Shown here: in pieces, positions 26,851 to 38,285 of the stretch | Layout: each line of letters opens with the position of its first letter | Position numbering within the stretch: the first letter of the stretch is position 1 | Origin: Squalus acanthias | Taxonomy: Eukaryota | Length of the DNA stretch: 64,000 nt | Assembly: GCA_030390025.1 (NCBI GenBank) | Contig: CM059432.1 | Coordinates: 103,480,001 to 103,544,000, forward strand | Direction: 5' to 3' | The notes under the pieces: generated by a model | Told to the model about the DNA's origin: nothing | The model's input: only the letters and a program-made list of their open reading frames with translations | Databases searched by the model: none | Translations under genes and position numbers: made by a program

Positions 26851-28196
26851 CCGTTGTCGTGTCGTGTCGCTACACCTTCCCTCGCCACTAATCCATGCAG
26901 GCTCTAGCTCGAGAGTTGAAATCCCTCAGATCTTTAGGTCTGCATGGCTCTGGTAGTAGAGGGCATTCTAGGAGATGCTCCATTGTTTGAGATGCCTCTC
27001 CGCAGTCACAGTTGGTAGTATCAGTTTGGCTGTATCCTCACTTCTGCATGAGGGCTTTGCAGCGGCCGACACCAGTCCTGAGACGATTGAGACACAGCCA
27101 AGTAGGCCAAGTCTCACTGGCTCTTGTTGGAAGAGATTCCTCTGGATCAAAAGATAGCTTGTGTGGCTTTGTCTGCAGATCCTTTGACCAAGCATCTAAT
27201 CTACAGCTGTGGGGATTACATTCCAAGGGCTGGAAAGAATGTAAGAAACTGCTCCTGGACTTGAGCCTCCTAGTTGCTGGATCGTGTTGAAAAAGTGGAT
27301 GATGGGGATCACTTGTCTGCTTTGACCTTTCCACTCTTGATGAAACTCGCCTTATGAAAGGTGGGGCAAGACCAGCAAGCAAGTAAAGAATATCCATCCT
27401 CGTAGGTGTCAGGCAGCCAGGAATAGCTCTGCAGGCTGCGTTGAGGACTGGATCCATCTTCTTGGCGTGCAAGGAGCGTTCCCAGACTGGACAGGCATAA
27501 TCAGCTGCTGAATAGCACACAGGGCAAGGGAAATAGTCCGTAAGGTCCTTGGGTCAGTTCCCCTTTTAGAGTTGGCAAACTTCCTTAAGATGTTGTTTCT
27601 GGCTCCCACCTTCGCCTTTACTTTGATGACATGATCTTTATAGCCGAGGGTACGATCTAATGTTACGCCAAGGTATATTGGCTTAGAATTGTGTGCCAGT
27701 CTTCTCCCATACCACCAGACATTAAGTTCTTGGTTTGCATCTCTGTTCTTAAGATGAAAAGCACTGATCTGTGTCTTTTCAGGGTTGGCCCGTAGATGAT
27801 TGGTTGCACAGTAGTTGGACAGCTCAGCTAGTGCATCGCCAAGGGACTTCTCTACTTTATCAAAGGATTGGTCCCGAGATGCTATGCACAGATCATCGGC
27901 ATAGAGGAAACTTCTGGTGTGTAGGATGGATGGGCTGGTCGTTGGTACAGATGTTAAACAGCAAGGGTGCGAGAACACTACCTTGAGGTAACCCATTCTT
28001 CTGTCTGCGTCATCTGGTTCGCTTGCCGCTGAAGTCAGCAAAGAAATGTCTGTTGGCCAGCATGTTGCACATCAGCTCAGTCACTCTGGCATCTTTTGTT
28101 ATGTGGAATACCTTCTGCACAAGAATCCGATGATTGACCATGCCATATGCAGCAGATAAATCCACAAAGGCTGCACCTGTTATTAGCCTGTCTCAT
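26851..28196 (-). mobile_element. 5'-truncated Vingi/Ingi-clade LINE (RT C-terminal half, frameshifted)
   Basis: Peptides LPQGSVLAP, FLYADDLC, YLGVTLDRTL, LRTISLALCYSAADYACPVWERS and WLCLNRLRTGVGRC; (GACAC)n-type tail; 11-bp TSD AGCCCCCACCT at 26840-26850 and 28197-28207. Confidence 0.85.
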
Positions 28197-28303
28197 AGCC
28201 CCCACCTACAATCATCGTACACTACAGCGTGGTTTCAGTTGCCCAGCAACAGTCCAGTCTAACTGAGCTCAGCAGTAAGTCGGGTTTTTTCGGTTGTATA
28301 CGT

Positions 28304-28407
28304 CAGTTATGACGAAAGGTCATCGACCTGAAACATTAACTCTGTTTCTCTCTCCACAGATGCTGCCCTGACATGCTGAGTATTTCCAGCATTTTCTGTT
28401 TTTATTA
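28304..28407 (+). mobile_element. Solo Penelope-like pLTR 3' fragment with degenerate hammerhead
   Basis: AGTT-ATGACGA-AAGGTC-ATC-GACCT-GAAACATT-AACT followed by CTCTCCACAGATGCTGCC...TTTCCAGCATTTTCTGTTTTTATT. Confidence 0.85.
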
Positions 28408-28819
28408 CTAATACATAAAATTATGTAGCTGCTATAATGTTGCAACTTGGACTGGCTTATCAAGGTAATAAAATAAACATAGTGGCAGAGAATTCATGCA
28501 TTTTTGAAATAATGAACCACAAAAATGCCATCACTGGATTTTAGATATGCAGCATGTGGAACTGCCAAAAGGCATGTACTGGACTGCAAATTATTTCCAT
28601 TCAATATTTCAGTGGAAATGCAGGCTCAAATTATCAGTAAAAAAAATTAAAAAGGGATTGAAAAATGGCACAAGTTACCTAAAAATGATGACAATTGAAA
28701 TATTTTAACTAAATATTTTGACAAAGAGGTAACCTGTGCTTTTTCTCCTTTGTATTGGCCAGGAATTTTGCATCAGATGATTAAATTGATTCAAATAAAG
28801 TGCTATGGAGCTACTCCAA

Positions 28820-29200
28820 CGGCCTAATGGGTAAAGGCAACAGCCAGTATAGTACAAAAGTATGCAGACGAGAAGGACTTGGGTTTGATTCTTGGTCTAT
28901 GCTGAGATAGCAGATCTCAGCCAAGCTGTAACTGGAGAGCTCCAATTAGCACACGGACACCTGGACTAGGGAGAAGAAAACAAATTCTGCTAGGGTTACA
29001 ACACCTGGTTGCTTCCCAGTGATCCCTTTGGAAAAAGTGTGTGTAGATGTCAGCTTTGGCCCGATTACAATGCCGTCCATGAATACCATTACGGCACTCA
29101 GTGTCGAGGCTCACAAGTGAAGAATAGCCCCTTAAGCAAGATACTGGAGGACACTTGGCACCCAGGCCACCAACCCCAGTTAACAAGTTCTGGAGAAAAT
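28820..29200 (+). mobile_element. Ancient SINE, near full-length (tentatively AmnSINE2/LmeSINE-like)
   Basis: tRNA-like head GGGTTTGATTCTTGGTCTATGCTGAG.TAGC.GATCTCAGCC and body blocks shared with four other copies in the window. Confidence 0.55.
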
Positions 29201-29520
29201 TGTAAAACAAATATTAAATGTTGGGAGACTAAAAATCAGATCAAGTTTCAGCAAGCTCTTTCGCAGTGTACAAAGACGTTGTCCAGTGACAGAAATCTAA
29301 GTGCCCCTTGGTGATGAAATGTAAATTATACTGATATTAAAGAGGCGTTGTCAGCTCAGGGAGGAATTATTGTGCAGGCTCAGTGCCACGCTGGCTGCTG
29401 TGGTAAACCCATGCTTCCTGTAGCATAAATTGTGTTCAAAGCATTTGTTTTGTACAGAATAAATTAATAGCAGCAGCAGCACAATCAACAACATAATGAC
29501 ATTGTGTTTGACAAAGTATC

Positions 29521-30400
29521 AGCCAATGGCTCAGTTGGTAGCACCCTCGCCTCTGAGTCAGAAGGTTGTGGGTTCAAGTCCCACTCCCGAGACTTGAGCA
29601 CAAAAAATCTAGGCCGACACTCCAGTGAGTGCTGCACTGTCAGAGGTGCCGTCTTTCAGATGAGACGTTAAACCAAGGCCCCGTCTGCTCTCTCAGGTGG
29701 ACGTAAAAGATCCCATGGCACTATTTCGAAGAGGAGATGGGGTGTTATCCCTGGTATCCTGGCCATTATTTTTCCCTCAACCCTAACAAACAAATTATCT
29801 GGTCATCATCACATTGCTTGCGGTGTGTGTAAATTGGCTGCCACATTTCCTACAACAGTGACTACACATCAAAAATTGGCTGTAAAACACTTTGGGACAT
29901 CCAGTGGTCATAGAAACATAGAAACATAGAAACATAGAAACTAGGAGCAGGAGTAGGCCATTCGGCCCGTCGAGCCTGCTCCACCATTCAATACGATCAT
30001 GGCTGATCATCCAAATCCAGTACCTTATCCCTGCTTTCCCACACAGAATCCCCATCGAGCCTGCACCGACACATATCCCACCCTATCCCCGTAACCCCAC
30101 GTATTTAATTCCCCCTAACATATCCCATCCTATCCCCGTAACCCCACATATTTAATCCCCCCCTAACACTAAGGGTCAATTTATCATAGCCAAATCAACC
30201 TAACCCGCACATTTTTGGACTGTGGGAGGAAACCGGAGCACCCGGAGGAAACCCACGCAGACACGGGGAGAATGTACAAACTCCACACAGACAGTCACCC
30301 GAGGTCAGATTCGAACCCGGGTCCCTGGCGCTGTGAGGCACCAGTGCTAACCACTATGCCACCGTCATGAAAGACGCTATATAAATGCAAGTCTTTCTTT
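29521..30400 (+). mobile_element. Full-length SacSINE1/DeuSINE-type SINE, interrupted near its tail by an HE1 SINE
   Basis: tRNA head with box A TGGCTCAGTTGG and box B GGTTCAAGTCC; Deu-like core GGTGCCGTCTTTCAGATGAGACGTTAAACC; L2-like tail GCTATATAAATGCAAGTC resumes at 30364. Confidence 0.88.
29912..30363 (-). mobile_element. HE1-type V-SINE fused to a CR1 3' end
   Basis: Minus strand: GGTGGCATAGTGGTTAGCAC...GGGTTCGAATC head; V-domain GTGGAGTTTGTACATTCTCCCCGTGTCTGCGTGGGTTTCCTCCGGGTGCTCCGGTTTCCTCCCAC; (TTTCTATG)n tail; GTCAT duplicated at 29907-11 and 30364-68. Confidence 0.9.
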
Positions 30401-30444
30401 AAAGGTAAAATATATTGTAAGACAATTTAGCTTAGTAACACAGT

Positions 30445-30850
30445 CGAGGCGATTTTCTACAGCTGCTCGCCCATTTCTCACCTGAAAACCAGGCGCCTGG
30501 CAGAGGAAAATTCAGGTGGGCAACTTGGACAACACTTTGACACCCAAACCCACAAGCAGGCCTTTAAATGGGCGCCCTAAAGAAGCAGGAGGCTTTTTAA
30601 ATATGCAAATCGGGGTCCTGCGCCGAATGTGGGACCCCGATTACCATTTTCTTTCGGGTGGAGTGTGTGCCCGTACATGCTAAGCCCAGTTGAACCAGGC
30701 ATTGAGCTGCCTAACCAACGAGTCTTAAATGGATCACTGCTGGCTACTCCACAAACGGCCTGGAACATTTTTTGCAGAATTTATGTGGTGCTCAGAGGAG
30801 CAAGAGTAATTTTGGGTGGGCACTGTGGGACCAAGTTAAAAATTCCCCCC
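30445..30850. mobile_element. GC-rich MITE-like element (Harbinger-like family remnant)
   Basis: Begins GAGGCGATTTT, ends AAAAATTCCCCC; internal TTTAAATATGCAAATCGGGGTCC and CTCAGAGGAGCAAGAGT motifs shared with similar GC-rich elements here. Confidence 0.45.
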
Positions 30851-31230
30851 AATCTATTTAATGTACTGTACATGTAGGGATATCATTGGTTATAGTTTTG
30901 CTACTCCTGTAATAATGTAACTGAAAACTAGTTTTACACAGATATGAGTTTAGTTGCTGGATTTTGAAGCTTTATCCAAAGAAATTCCAGCACTTTAAAA
31001 GGTAGCATACATCCAGTTTTATGGAATAAGTTGCATCAATAAGGCACCAATACGTTATCCAAAGGTGCCATAAACCTCAACTTCACAGGTGGCATTGTTG
31101 CAATTTAAATAATTTAACTTCGAAAAGTACTGGTCCACATTGAAAGAAAGAACAGTTGAGCAAGATTGTTGAGAGCAGCAACAAAACTGGCTCTAAGCTG
31201 CTCCATTGTATGTTAGATCCACAATAAGAT

Positions 31231-31399
31231 AAAGTGAGAAGTCGCACAACACCAGGTTATAGTCCAACAGTTTTATTTGAAATCACAAGCTTTCGGAGCT
31301 GCTCCGAAAGCTTGTGATTTCAAATAAAACTGTTGGACTATAACCTGGTGTTGTGCGACTTCTCACTTTTGTCCACCCCAGTCCATCTCCGCATCATGG
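31231..31399. mobile_element. Fold-back remnant of a second Penelope-like family: perfect 139-bp palindrome plus 30-nt extension
   Basis: 69-bp perfect arms (31231-31299 / 31301-31369) around one base; centre GGAGC-T-GCTCC-GAAAGC is a hammerhead stem II plus GAAA; 13-bp TSD CCACAATAAGATA at 31219-31 and 31400-12. Confidence 0.75.
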
Positions 31400-33174
31400 C
31401 CACAATAAGATAGTTTACAGTTCTTATGCAAACACAACTAATTTAATTTGATGAAACGCTTATCTACACCGTGGATTATTTCTTCTTCAGTTTTAGCAAG
31501 TCTTATGTTTTTGTTGTGTAGTATCAAATATCCATATGTCTATGGCCGGAACTTTAATATTACATGTTCAACCATTGTTATGGCTTTCTTGTGGTCTGGC
31601 AACTGTGGAAATAAGTCACGTTTCCAGGGTTGCCACATCATCAGCCCACACACCGGCATCATTTCCACACCAGACTGTCCAGCAACAGAGGAAGGACACG
31701 CCTGATCTTTTGCTACATTCAAGATCTCTGTACCAGCAGCACTGTTTTTGCTGTATACCCTTGAAGTGGTAAAACAGCTCTCTGTCCAGCAATTAACTAT
31801 TTGAAGAGATACTATCATTTTTGTTACTACTTCTCTCAAGTATAGAAGCAAAAAATACATGGTAATGCCATGAATTACTGGAGAAACAAGCAGTTTTTGT
31901 AACTGAGACGGTCCTTTAAAAGATATAATTTCACCAGCATCTCGTTGATTTTTAAAATGAGTGCCAGTCACCTTTAGAAAGAAGTAAAAGACAGCATGTA
32001 TTGGAGGGTATTAAAGGGCGCTTTGTTCTTGCAATATTCCTCATTAAAATGAAAAATCGATAGCCAATCATCAAAGTGTATGCGCATTATAGATGGGATA
32101 TGCTGTGATGGCCAGTGAAATAGAATAACTATCACGTCTACCTCATTCACGAAAACAAAACAAAAAATCATTTTTCGTGATCATCTGCTCTACATCTTAC
32201 TTCTGTCAACAACAATTGAGATTTTTAGCTGACAAGTAGGAATATAACAATGGGAGTAGGTCATTCAGCCCCACCATTCAAGTAGAACAAAATAATAGCT
32301 CTAACTAGAACGAGAGAATTTCAGATCATCTACTTAGATTCAAAGTACAGCAATCTTCTCCCTAACCATTTCTCAGCTAGAAGAACCAGTGCAGGACTCC
32401 AAAAATATGTGGGAAAAATAACTGCCATCTAAAAATTAGCGAAATTCTTTATTACTAGCCATGACATAGAATGATAAATGACCTCATCAATCTGTTACAT
32501 TAGATGGTTTTGTAATCATGTGGAGGAGTTACATTGTACAATCAATTTTGCTCTTAGTTTAGGAAATCAGCTTACTAAATGTTTTTCATCATCTTGGGCA
32601 AGGAGTTGTTAGAATTGATATTTGCCTGGTCAGCTCACCACAGGATGTGTGCTGGCAATCTTGGACGTGCAGGGTTAGTAATGTGCTCCAGAATATGCAA
32701 CAAAGAGTGGACGCCAAGCTCACTGTGGGGAAAGGGTGGAGAATTATGAATTTAGGATGAGTAATATTTTTATATTAAACAGTTAGGGTAAGTCAAGTGG
32801 TTGCTTCAATGATACATGCTGGGAGTTTTACGAGTGTCGTCAGATCACGTGACCCAGCGTACCTTCCATGATCAAAGCAACTTGTGATAAATTATTGCAT
32901 TCAACTTGCATTCGATTTTAATGCACAACCATCTCCGGATAAACAAGGATATCAAAACACAGAATACTGAAATCCAACAAAACGAATGGCACAACGCATC
33001 ATATCAATGTGTGTGCATAGTTCAAAAGTTGTCATGTTAACTGTAAAGACGACTTTCTCCTTTCTGTAGATTATGCAACAAACTGTAATGCTAGCAGCCC
33101 AGGTGATGTGGCTAGTCAATGACTTTTATATGCAACTACCTTATATTCATTCCTTTAGTCTGGTATATCCACTT

Positions 33175-33232
33175 TATATACATACACACACGCACACACA
33201 TATATGCATACATATATACATGCACACATACG
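33175..33232. repeat. Imperfect (CA/TA)n microsatellite
   Basis: TATATACATACACACACGCACACACATATATGCATACATATATACATGCACACATAC. Confidence 0.8.
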
Positions 33233-33319
33233 CCATCAGATAACACTATTAAAATCATACCCAGTGGTGTACATTCAAGGAGTTATTTTACAACTTCCAA
33301 AAAAAATATATTCCACTGA

Positions 33320-35532
33320 AAAGAAAAGGGTGTAAAAGAAAGGACAGTCATCCGTGGCTAAGTAAAGAAATTAAGGATAGTATTCGACTAAAAACAAGGG
33401 CATATAAGGTAGCGAAATCTAGTGGGAGGACAGAGGATTGGGAAAACTTTAAAAGGCAGCAAAAAATAACAAAAAGATTGATTAAGAAAGGGAAGATAGA
33501 TTATGAAAGTAAATTAGCAAAAAATATAAAAACAGATAGTAAGAGTTTTTATAGTTATATAAAAAGAAAAAAGGGTGGCTAAAGTAAATGTTGGTCCCTT
33601 AGAGGATGAGACCGGGAAATTAATGGTGGGAAATATGGAGATGGCAAAAACACTGAATGAATATTTTGTATCAGTCTTTACAGTAGAGGACACTAAGAAT
33701 ATCCCAACACTGGACAAACAGGGGGCTATAGGGGGAGAGGAGCTAAACACGATCAAAATCACTAAGGAAGTGGTACTCGGTAAAATAATGGGACTCAAGG
33801 CGGATAAATCACCTGGACCTGATGGCTTACATCCTAGAGTCTTGAAGGAAGTGGCGGTAGGGATTGTAGATGCATTGGTAATAATTTTTCAAAACTCCCT
33901 GGATTCCGCTAAGGTCCCGGCAGACTGGAAAACTGCTAATGTAACACCCTTATTTAAAAAGGGCAGTAGACAGAAGGCTGGTAACTATAGACCGGTTAGC
34001 CTAACATCTGTGGTAGGTAAAATTTTGGAGTCCATTATTAAGGAAACAGTAACAGGACATTTGGATAATCATAATTTAATAGGACAAAGTCAGCATGGTT
34101 TTACGAAGGGGAAGTCATGTTTGACAAATTTGCTGGAGTTCTTTGAGGAAGTAACATATAGAGTGGATAAAGGGGAACCAGTGGACGTAGTGTATTTAGA
34201 CTTCCAAAAGGCATTTGACAAGGTGCCACACAAAAGATTATTGCTTAAGGTAAAAAATCACGGGATTGGGGGTAATATTCTGGCTTGGATAGAGGATTGG
34301 CTATCTAACAGAAAGCAAAGAGTTGGGATAAATGGTTCATTCTCAGACTGGCAATCAGTAACTAGTGGTGTTCCACAGGGGTCAGTGCTGGGTCCCCAAC
34401 TCTTCACAATCTATATTAACGATTTGGAGGAAGGGACCAAGTGTAACATATCAAAATTTGCAGATGATACAAAGATGGGAGGGAAAGTAGTGAGTGAGGA
34501 GGACATAAAAAACCTGCAAGGGGACATAGACAGGCTAAGTAAGTGGGCAGAGATTTGGCAGATGGAATACAACACTGGAAAGTGTGAGGTGATGCACTTT
34601 GGCAGGAAAAATCCTAGAGCAATTTATTATCTTAATGGCAAGAAACTGGAGAGTACTGAAGTGCAAAGGGATCTGGGGGTCCTTGTGCACGAAACTCAAA
34701 AGGTTAGTATGCAGGTGCAGCAAGTGATTAAGAAGGCAAATGGAATGTTGGCTTTCATTGCTAGGGGGATAGAATATAAAAATAGGGAGGTATTGCTTCA
34801 GTTGTACAAGGTATTGGTGAGACCGCACCTGGAATACTGCATACAGTTTTGGTGTCCTTACTTAAGGAAAGACATCCTTGCTCTCGAAGCAGTGCAAAAA
34901 AGGTTCACTCGGTTAATCCCGGGGATGAGGGGGTGGTCATATGAGGAGAGGTTGGGTAGATTGGGACTCTACTCATTGGAGTTCAGAAGAATGAGAGGCG
35001 ATCTTATTGAAACATATAAGATTGTGAAGGGGTTGGATCGGGTGGATGCGGGGAGGATGTTCCCGATGACGGGTGAGACGAGAACTAGGGGACATAGTCT
35101 TAGAATAAGGGGCTGCTCTTTCAAAACTGAGATGAGGAGGAACTACTTCACTCAGAGGGTGGTAGGTCCATGGAATATGCTGCCACAAAAAGCTGTAGAA
35201 GCTACAACATTAATTAAATTTAAAACAGAAATAGACAGTTTCCTAGAAGTAAAGGGCATTAAGGGTTACGGGGAGCGGGCAGGAATTTGGACATGAGTCT
35301 AGGTTCGGATCGGTCATGGCCCTGTGGGTAGTGGAGCGGGCCCAGGGACTGAGTAGCCTGATTCTGCTCCTATTTCGTGTGTGCAATTCTGTTAGATTCA
35401 GGAGATGGTTCTGTGATAGATAGTAGATTGGCGGTTAGGATCAGATCAGCCATGATCTTATTGAATGGCGGAGCAGGCTCGAGGGGCCGATTGGCCTACT
35501 CCTGCTCCTATTTCTTATGTTCTTATGTTCTT
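33320..35532 (+). mobile_element. Young 5'-truncated CR1 LINE with doubled 3' end
   Basis: Continuous ORF2 coding from about 33320 (one frameshift in the A-run near 33570); tail (TTCTTATG)n. Confidence 0.95.
33575..35296 (+). CDS. CR1 ORF2 reverse transcriptase and C-terminal region (573 aa open, endonuclease missing)
   Basis: KSPGPDGLHPRVLKE, YLDFQKAFDKVPH, GVPQGSVLGP, KFADDTK, RPHLEYC; no stops; transposon-derived and probably not expressed. Confidence 0.85.
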   Translation: MAKVNVGPLEDETGKLMVGNMEMAKTLNEYFVSVFTVEDTKNIPTLDKQGAIGGEELNTIKITKEVVLGKIMGLKADKSPGPDGLHPRVLKEVAVGIVDALVIIFQNSLDSAKVPADWKTANVTPLFKKGSRQKAGNYRPVSLTSVVGKILESIIKETVTGHLDNHNLIGQSQHGFTKGKSCLTNLLEFFEEVTYRVDKGEPVDVVYLDFQKAFDKVPHKRLLLKVKNHGIGGNILAWIEDWLSNRKQRVGINGSFSDWQSVTSGVPQGSVLGPQLFTIYINDLEEGTKCNISKFADDTKMGGKVVSEEDIKNLQGDIDRLSKWAEIWQMEYNTGKCEVMHFGRKNPRAIYYLNGKKLESTEVQRDLGVLVHETQKVSMQVQQVIKKANGMLAFIARGIEYKNREVLLQLYKVLVRPHLEYCIQFWCPYLRKDILALEAVQKRFTRLIPGMRGWSYEERLGRLGLYSLEFRRMRGDLIETYKIVKGLDRVDAGRMFPMTGETRTRGHSLRIRGCSFKTEMRRNYFTQRVVGPWNMLPQKAVEATTLIKFKTEIDSFLEVKGIKGYGERAGIWT

Positions 35533-35599
35533 AAGTCCCTCCAGTATCATCGAATATTCATCTGAAAAATATTTCCTGTAATTTTACTTTTACTAATTA

Positions 35600-35948
35600 A
35601 TGGCAGGTAAGGAAGCCAGGTGGCGCAACAGCACCCCAAACGTACTCACTGGCCTATGTTTCAGGCCCGAGGTATTTTGATTCCCGGGCTTCATTTAAAT
35701 GTCACAGGTCCATTTACCTTGGAGAGTCTCTTCTGTTTGAAGACCAGGTAGGAAAGCTACGGCAACTTCCCCGCTCAGGCCCCAGTTAAAATGAAATTGG
35801 GGTCCCGTGGACGCAATAGGACCCTGATCTGCATAAATTCATCAGGTTCCCCATCTCCAGAATCCTACAGGTCAAAATTGGAGATGGCACTAAAGGGTCG
35901 AATTCTGAGCGGATAAATAACCGGGCGGGTAGGGTTAAAATTGAACCC
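35600..35948. mobile_element. GC-rich MITE-like remnant
   Basis: CATTTAAAT, GGGGTCC...GGACCCTGATCTGCATA and terminal GTTAAAATTGAACCC as in related elements in the window. Confidence 0.4.
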
Positions 35949-36744
35949 ATAATTTAAAATGTTTGCTGCATCTTATTTACCTTCTGAAACTCCAGCCATA
36001 TTAAGAACCAGTAGTGAGTATAAGCAGGCAAAGAATCTATGGTAATTGCTTAATTAGAATCATCTGAAGAATTTAGTAATGTAATAGTTGCACACCTGCT
36101 GGACTCCAGTACATAGATGACGACGACTTAACAGATCAGCTATTAAAACACTGTGATTGGAGTATCAACAGCAGTTGTTTCCTTTAGAGAAAAAAAGATA
36201 GCTTTATAATCCAGAGCTCAGGACCATCTGGAGCATTTGCAAGAGAAAATTAGAGTTCAGACAGGGATGGGAGTGAATTTCCTGGCGTGGGTTTGCATAG
36301 AAACACAAGCACTTTAATCCTGTCTGGAAGCTGAATAGGTACCTCTCAAAAAAAACCACAATTGTGCAAGAGTGCACAGTAATATTTGATGTTGGCTTCA
36401 TGAGATGAGGGACAGCAGGAATGGTAATGATACCAAGGGGACCTGACTGAATGGAAGGGAATGCTGCAGAAGACGTGTTCTCTGACCATAGTCATCTGCT
36501 TTTCTCTTCCTCTACTTATTGTACACTTAAGCGGGGAAGATTCTAGGATCCAGCTTTTCCAGCTGGAGACATGTTTGCGATTCCCCGAGATGGCTGTTGG
36601 ACGAACCAAATCATGGAATCACTGCTTTAACAGAAAGGGCCTCCCAAATACATGCACAGTAGAAATTATAACATTTAAAAAGAAACCATACGCTTGAGCT
36701 GGATATACAATTGTGCCAGCCTTTTTCTTAAAAAAAAGAGCTAA

Positions 36745-37510
36745 GTTTCCCTCTTCTTCTCCCAAAGATTCTGGGATGTGACTTTATGGGCACTGTGCCC
36801 TCTCTAGTACCTCACCCTAAGTGGCCATTCCTCATGTAAAAGCCTAGACACAGCATCAGCAGGTCATTTAATTTTGGTGCATTACAGCAGTCGAGTCCAA
36901 TTTAATCCTGCCCACACACGTAGAAGCAGAAGGATGCAGAGAAGTGCAATTACTGGCTGATTTTCTCCTCCCTAACCCAAGGCCATCGAGGTCAATTGCA
37001 ACACCCAGCCTCTACCCTGGCGGAGATGAGTAAAAGAAAGACTTACATTTATATACAGCCACTGAAGTACTTTGGAAATGCAGTCACTGTTGTAATGTAG
37101 GAAACGTTGCAGACAATTTGAGCACGGCAGCAATGTCCTGATAATGTGTTTTAATGATGTTGGTTGAAGAATAAATATTGGCCAGGACACCGAGGGGAAC
37201 TCCCCTGCACTTCTTTAAAATAGTGCCATGGGATCTTTTACAATACCTGAGGGCAGGCGGGGCCTCGGTTTAATGTCTCATCTGAAAGATGGCACACCTC
37301 TGACAGTGCAGCACTCAATCAGTACTGCACTGGAGTGTTAGCCTAGATTTTGTACTCAAGTGTCTGGAGTGGGACTACACAACGTTTGACTCAGAGGCGA
37401 GAGTGTTAGCACTGAGCCATGGCTGACACTGTAACTCAGCACTAGGGACTGAACCTAGGAACCTCTGATTTGCATGACTCAGCAACACATCATGTGGATG
37501 CATTAACCTA
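36745..37510 (-). mobile_element. Ancient SINE copy interrupted by a SacSINE1-type SINE
   Basis: Reverse-complement blocks of the 28820 family on both sides of 37032-37429 (GAGATGAG | TAACTCAGCAC). Confidence 0.55.
37032..37429 (-). mobile_element. Full-length SacSINE1/DeuSINE-type SINE
   Basis: Tail AAAGAAAGACTTACATTTATA to head CACTGAGCCATGGCTG, colinear with the 29521 copy. Confidence 0.85.
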
Positions 37511-37651
37511 CAAGGGGAAACTTGTTGACCGCATTTATCAAAACGTTAACTTTTTCTTTTCTTTCATCGTGTTGGTTCTTGATGTCCTGGGGTGGGGAAG
37601 CAGAATTATTTTTTAATGAAAGGCAGGGCAAGTAAAGACAAGGAAAGGAAG

Positions 37652-38285
37652 GGAGTCTAAATTGTCAGACTGCTTGTCCGATATACAGTTCTGGATGAGC
37701 AAATATTTTCTCCAATTAAATATTGGGAAGACTGAAGCCATTGGTTTCGGTCCCCACCACAAACTCCATTCCCTAGCCACCGACTCAATCCCTCTCCCTA
37801 ACATCTGTCTGAGGCTGAACCACACTGTTCGGAACCTTGGTGTCATATTTGACCCTGGAAATGAGCTTCCGACCACATATCCATGGCATAACAAAGACCG
37901 CCTACTTCCACCTCTGTAACATCACCCGTCTCCGCCCCTGCCTCACCTCATCCGCTGCTGAAACCCTCATCCATGCCTTTGTTACCTCTAGAATTGACTA
38001 TTCCAACGCACTCCTGGCTGGCCTCCCACATTCCATCCTACGTATACTTGAGGTCATCCAAAACTTGGCTGCCCGTGTCCTAACTCACACCAAGTCCCGT
38101 TCGCCCATCGCCCCTGTGCTCGCTGACCTACATTGGCTCCCGGCTAAGCAACGACTCGTTTTCAAAATTCTCATCCTTGTTTTCAAATCCCTCCACAGCC
38201 TTGTCCCTCCCTATCTCTGTAATCTCCTTCAGCCCCACAACCCTGAGATAGCTGCGCTCCTCTAATTCTGCCCTCTTGAGCATCC
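37652..38285 (+). mobile_element. L2-clade LINE, 5'-truncated, left part
   Basis: CLSDIQFWMSKYFLQLNIGKTE, VRNLGVIFD, LIHAFVTSRIDYSNALL and VLADLHWLP are L2 ORF2 C-terminal motifs. Confidence 0.9.

Noticed and set aside
29521..29595. tRNA-like sequences with A and B boxes (also 30290-30363, 37370-37425, 55100-55165)
   Set aside because: They are SINE heads continuous with SINE bodies, not tRNA genes
31540..31971. 143-codon minus-strand ORF with a good upstream splice acceptor
   Set aside because: No recognisable domain, GTG start and no convincing partner exons; compatible with chance
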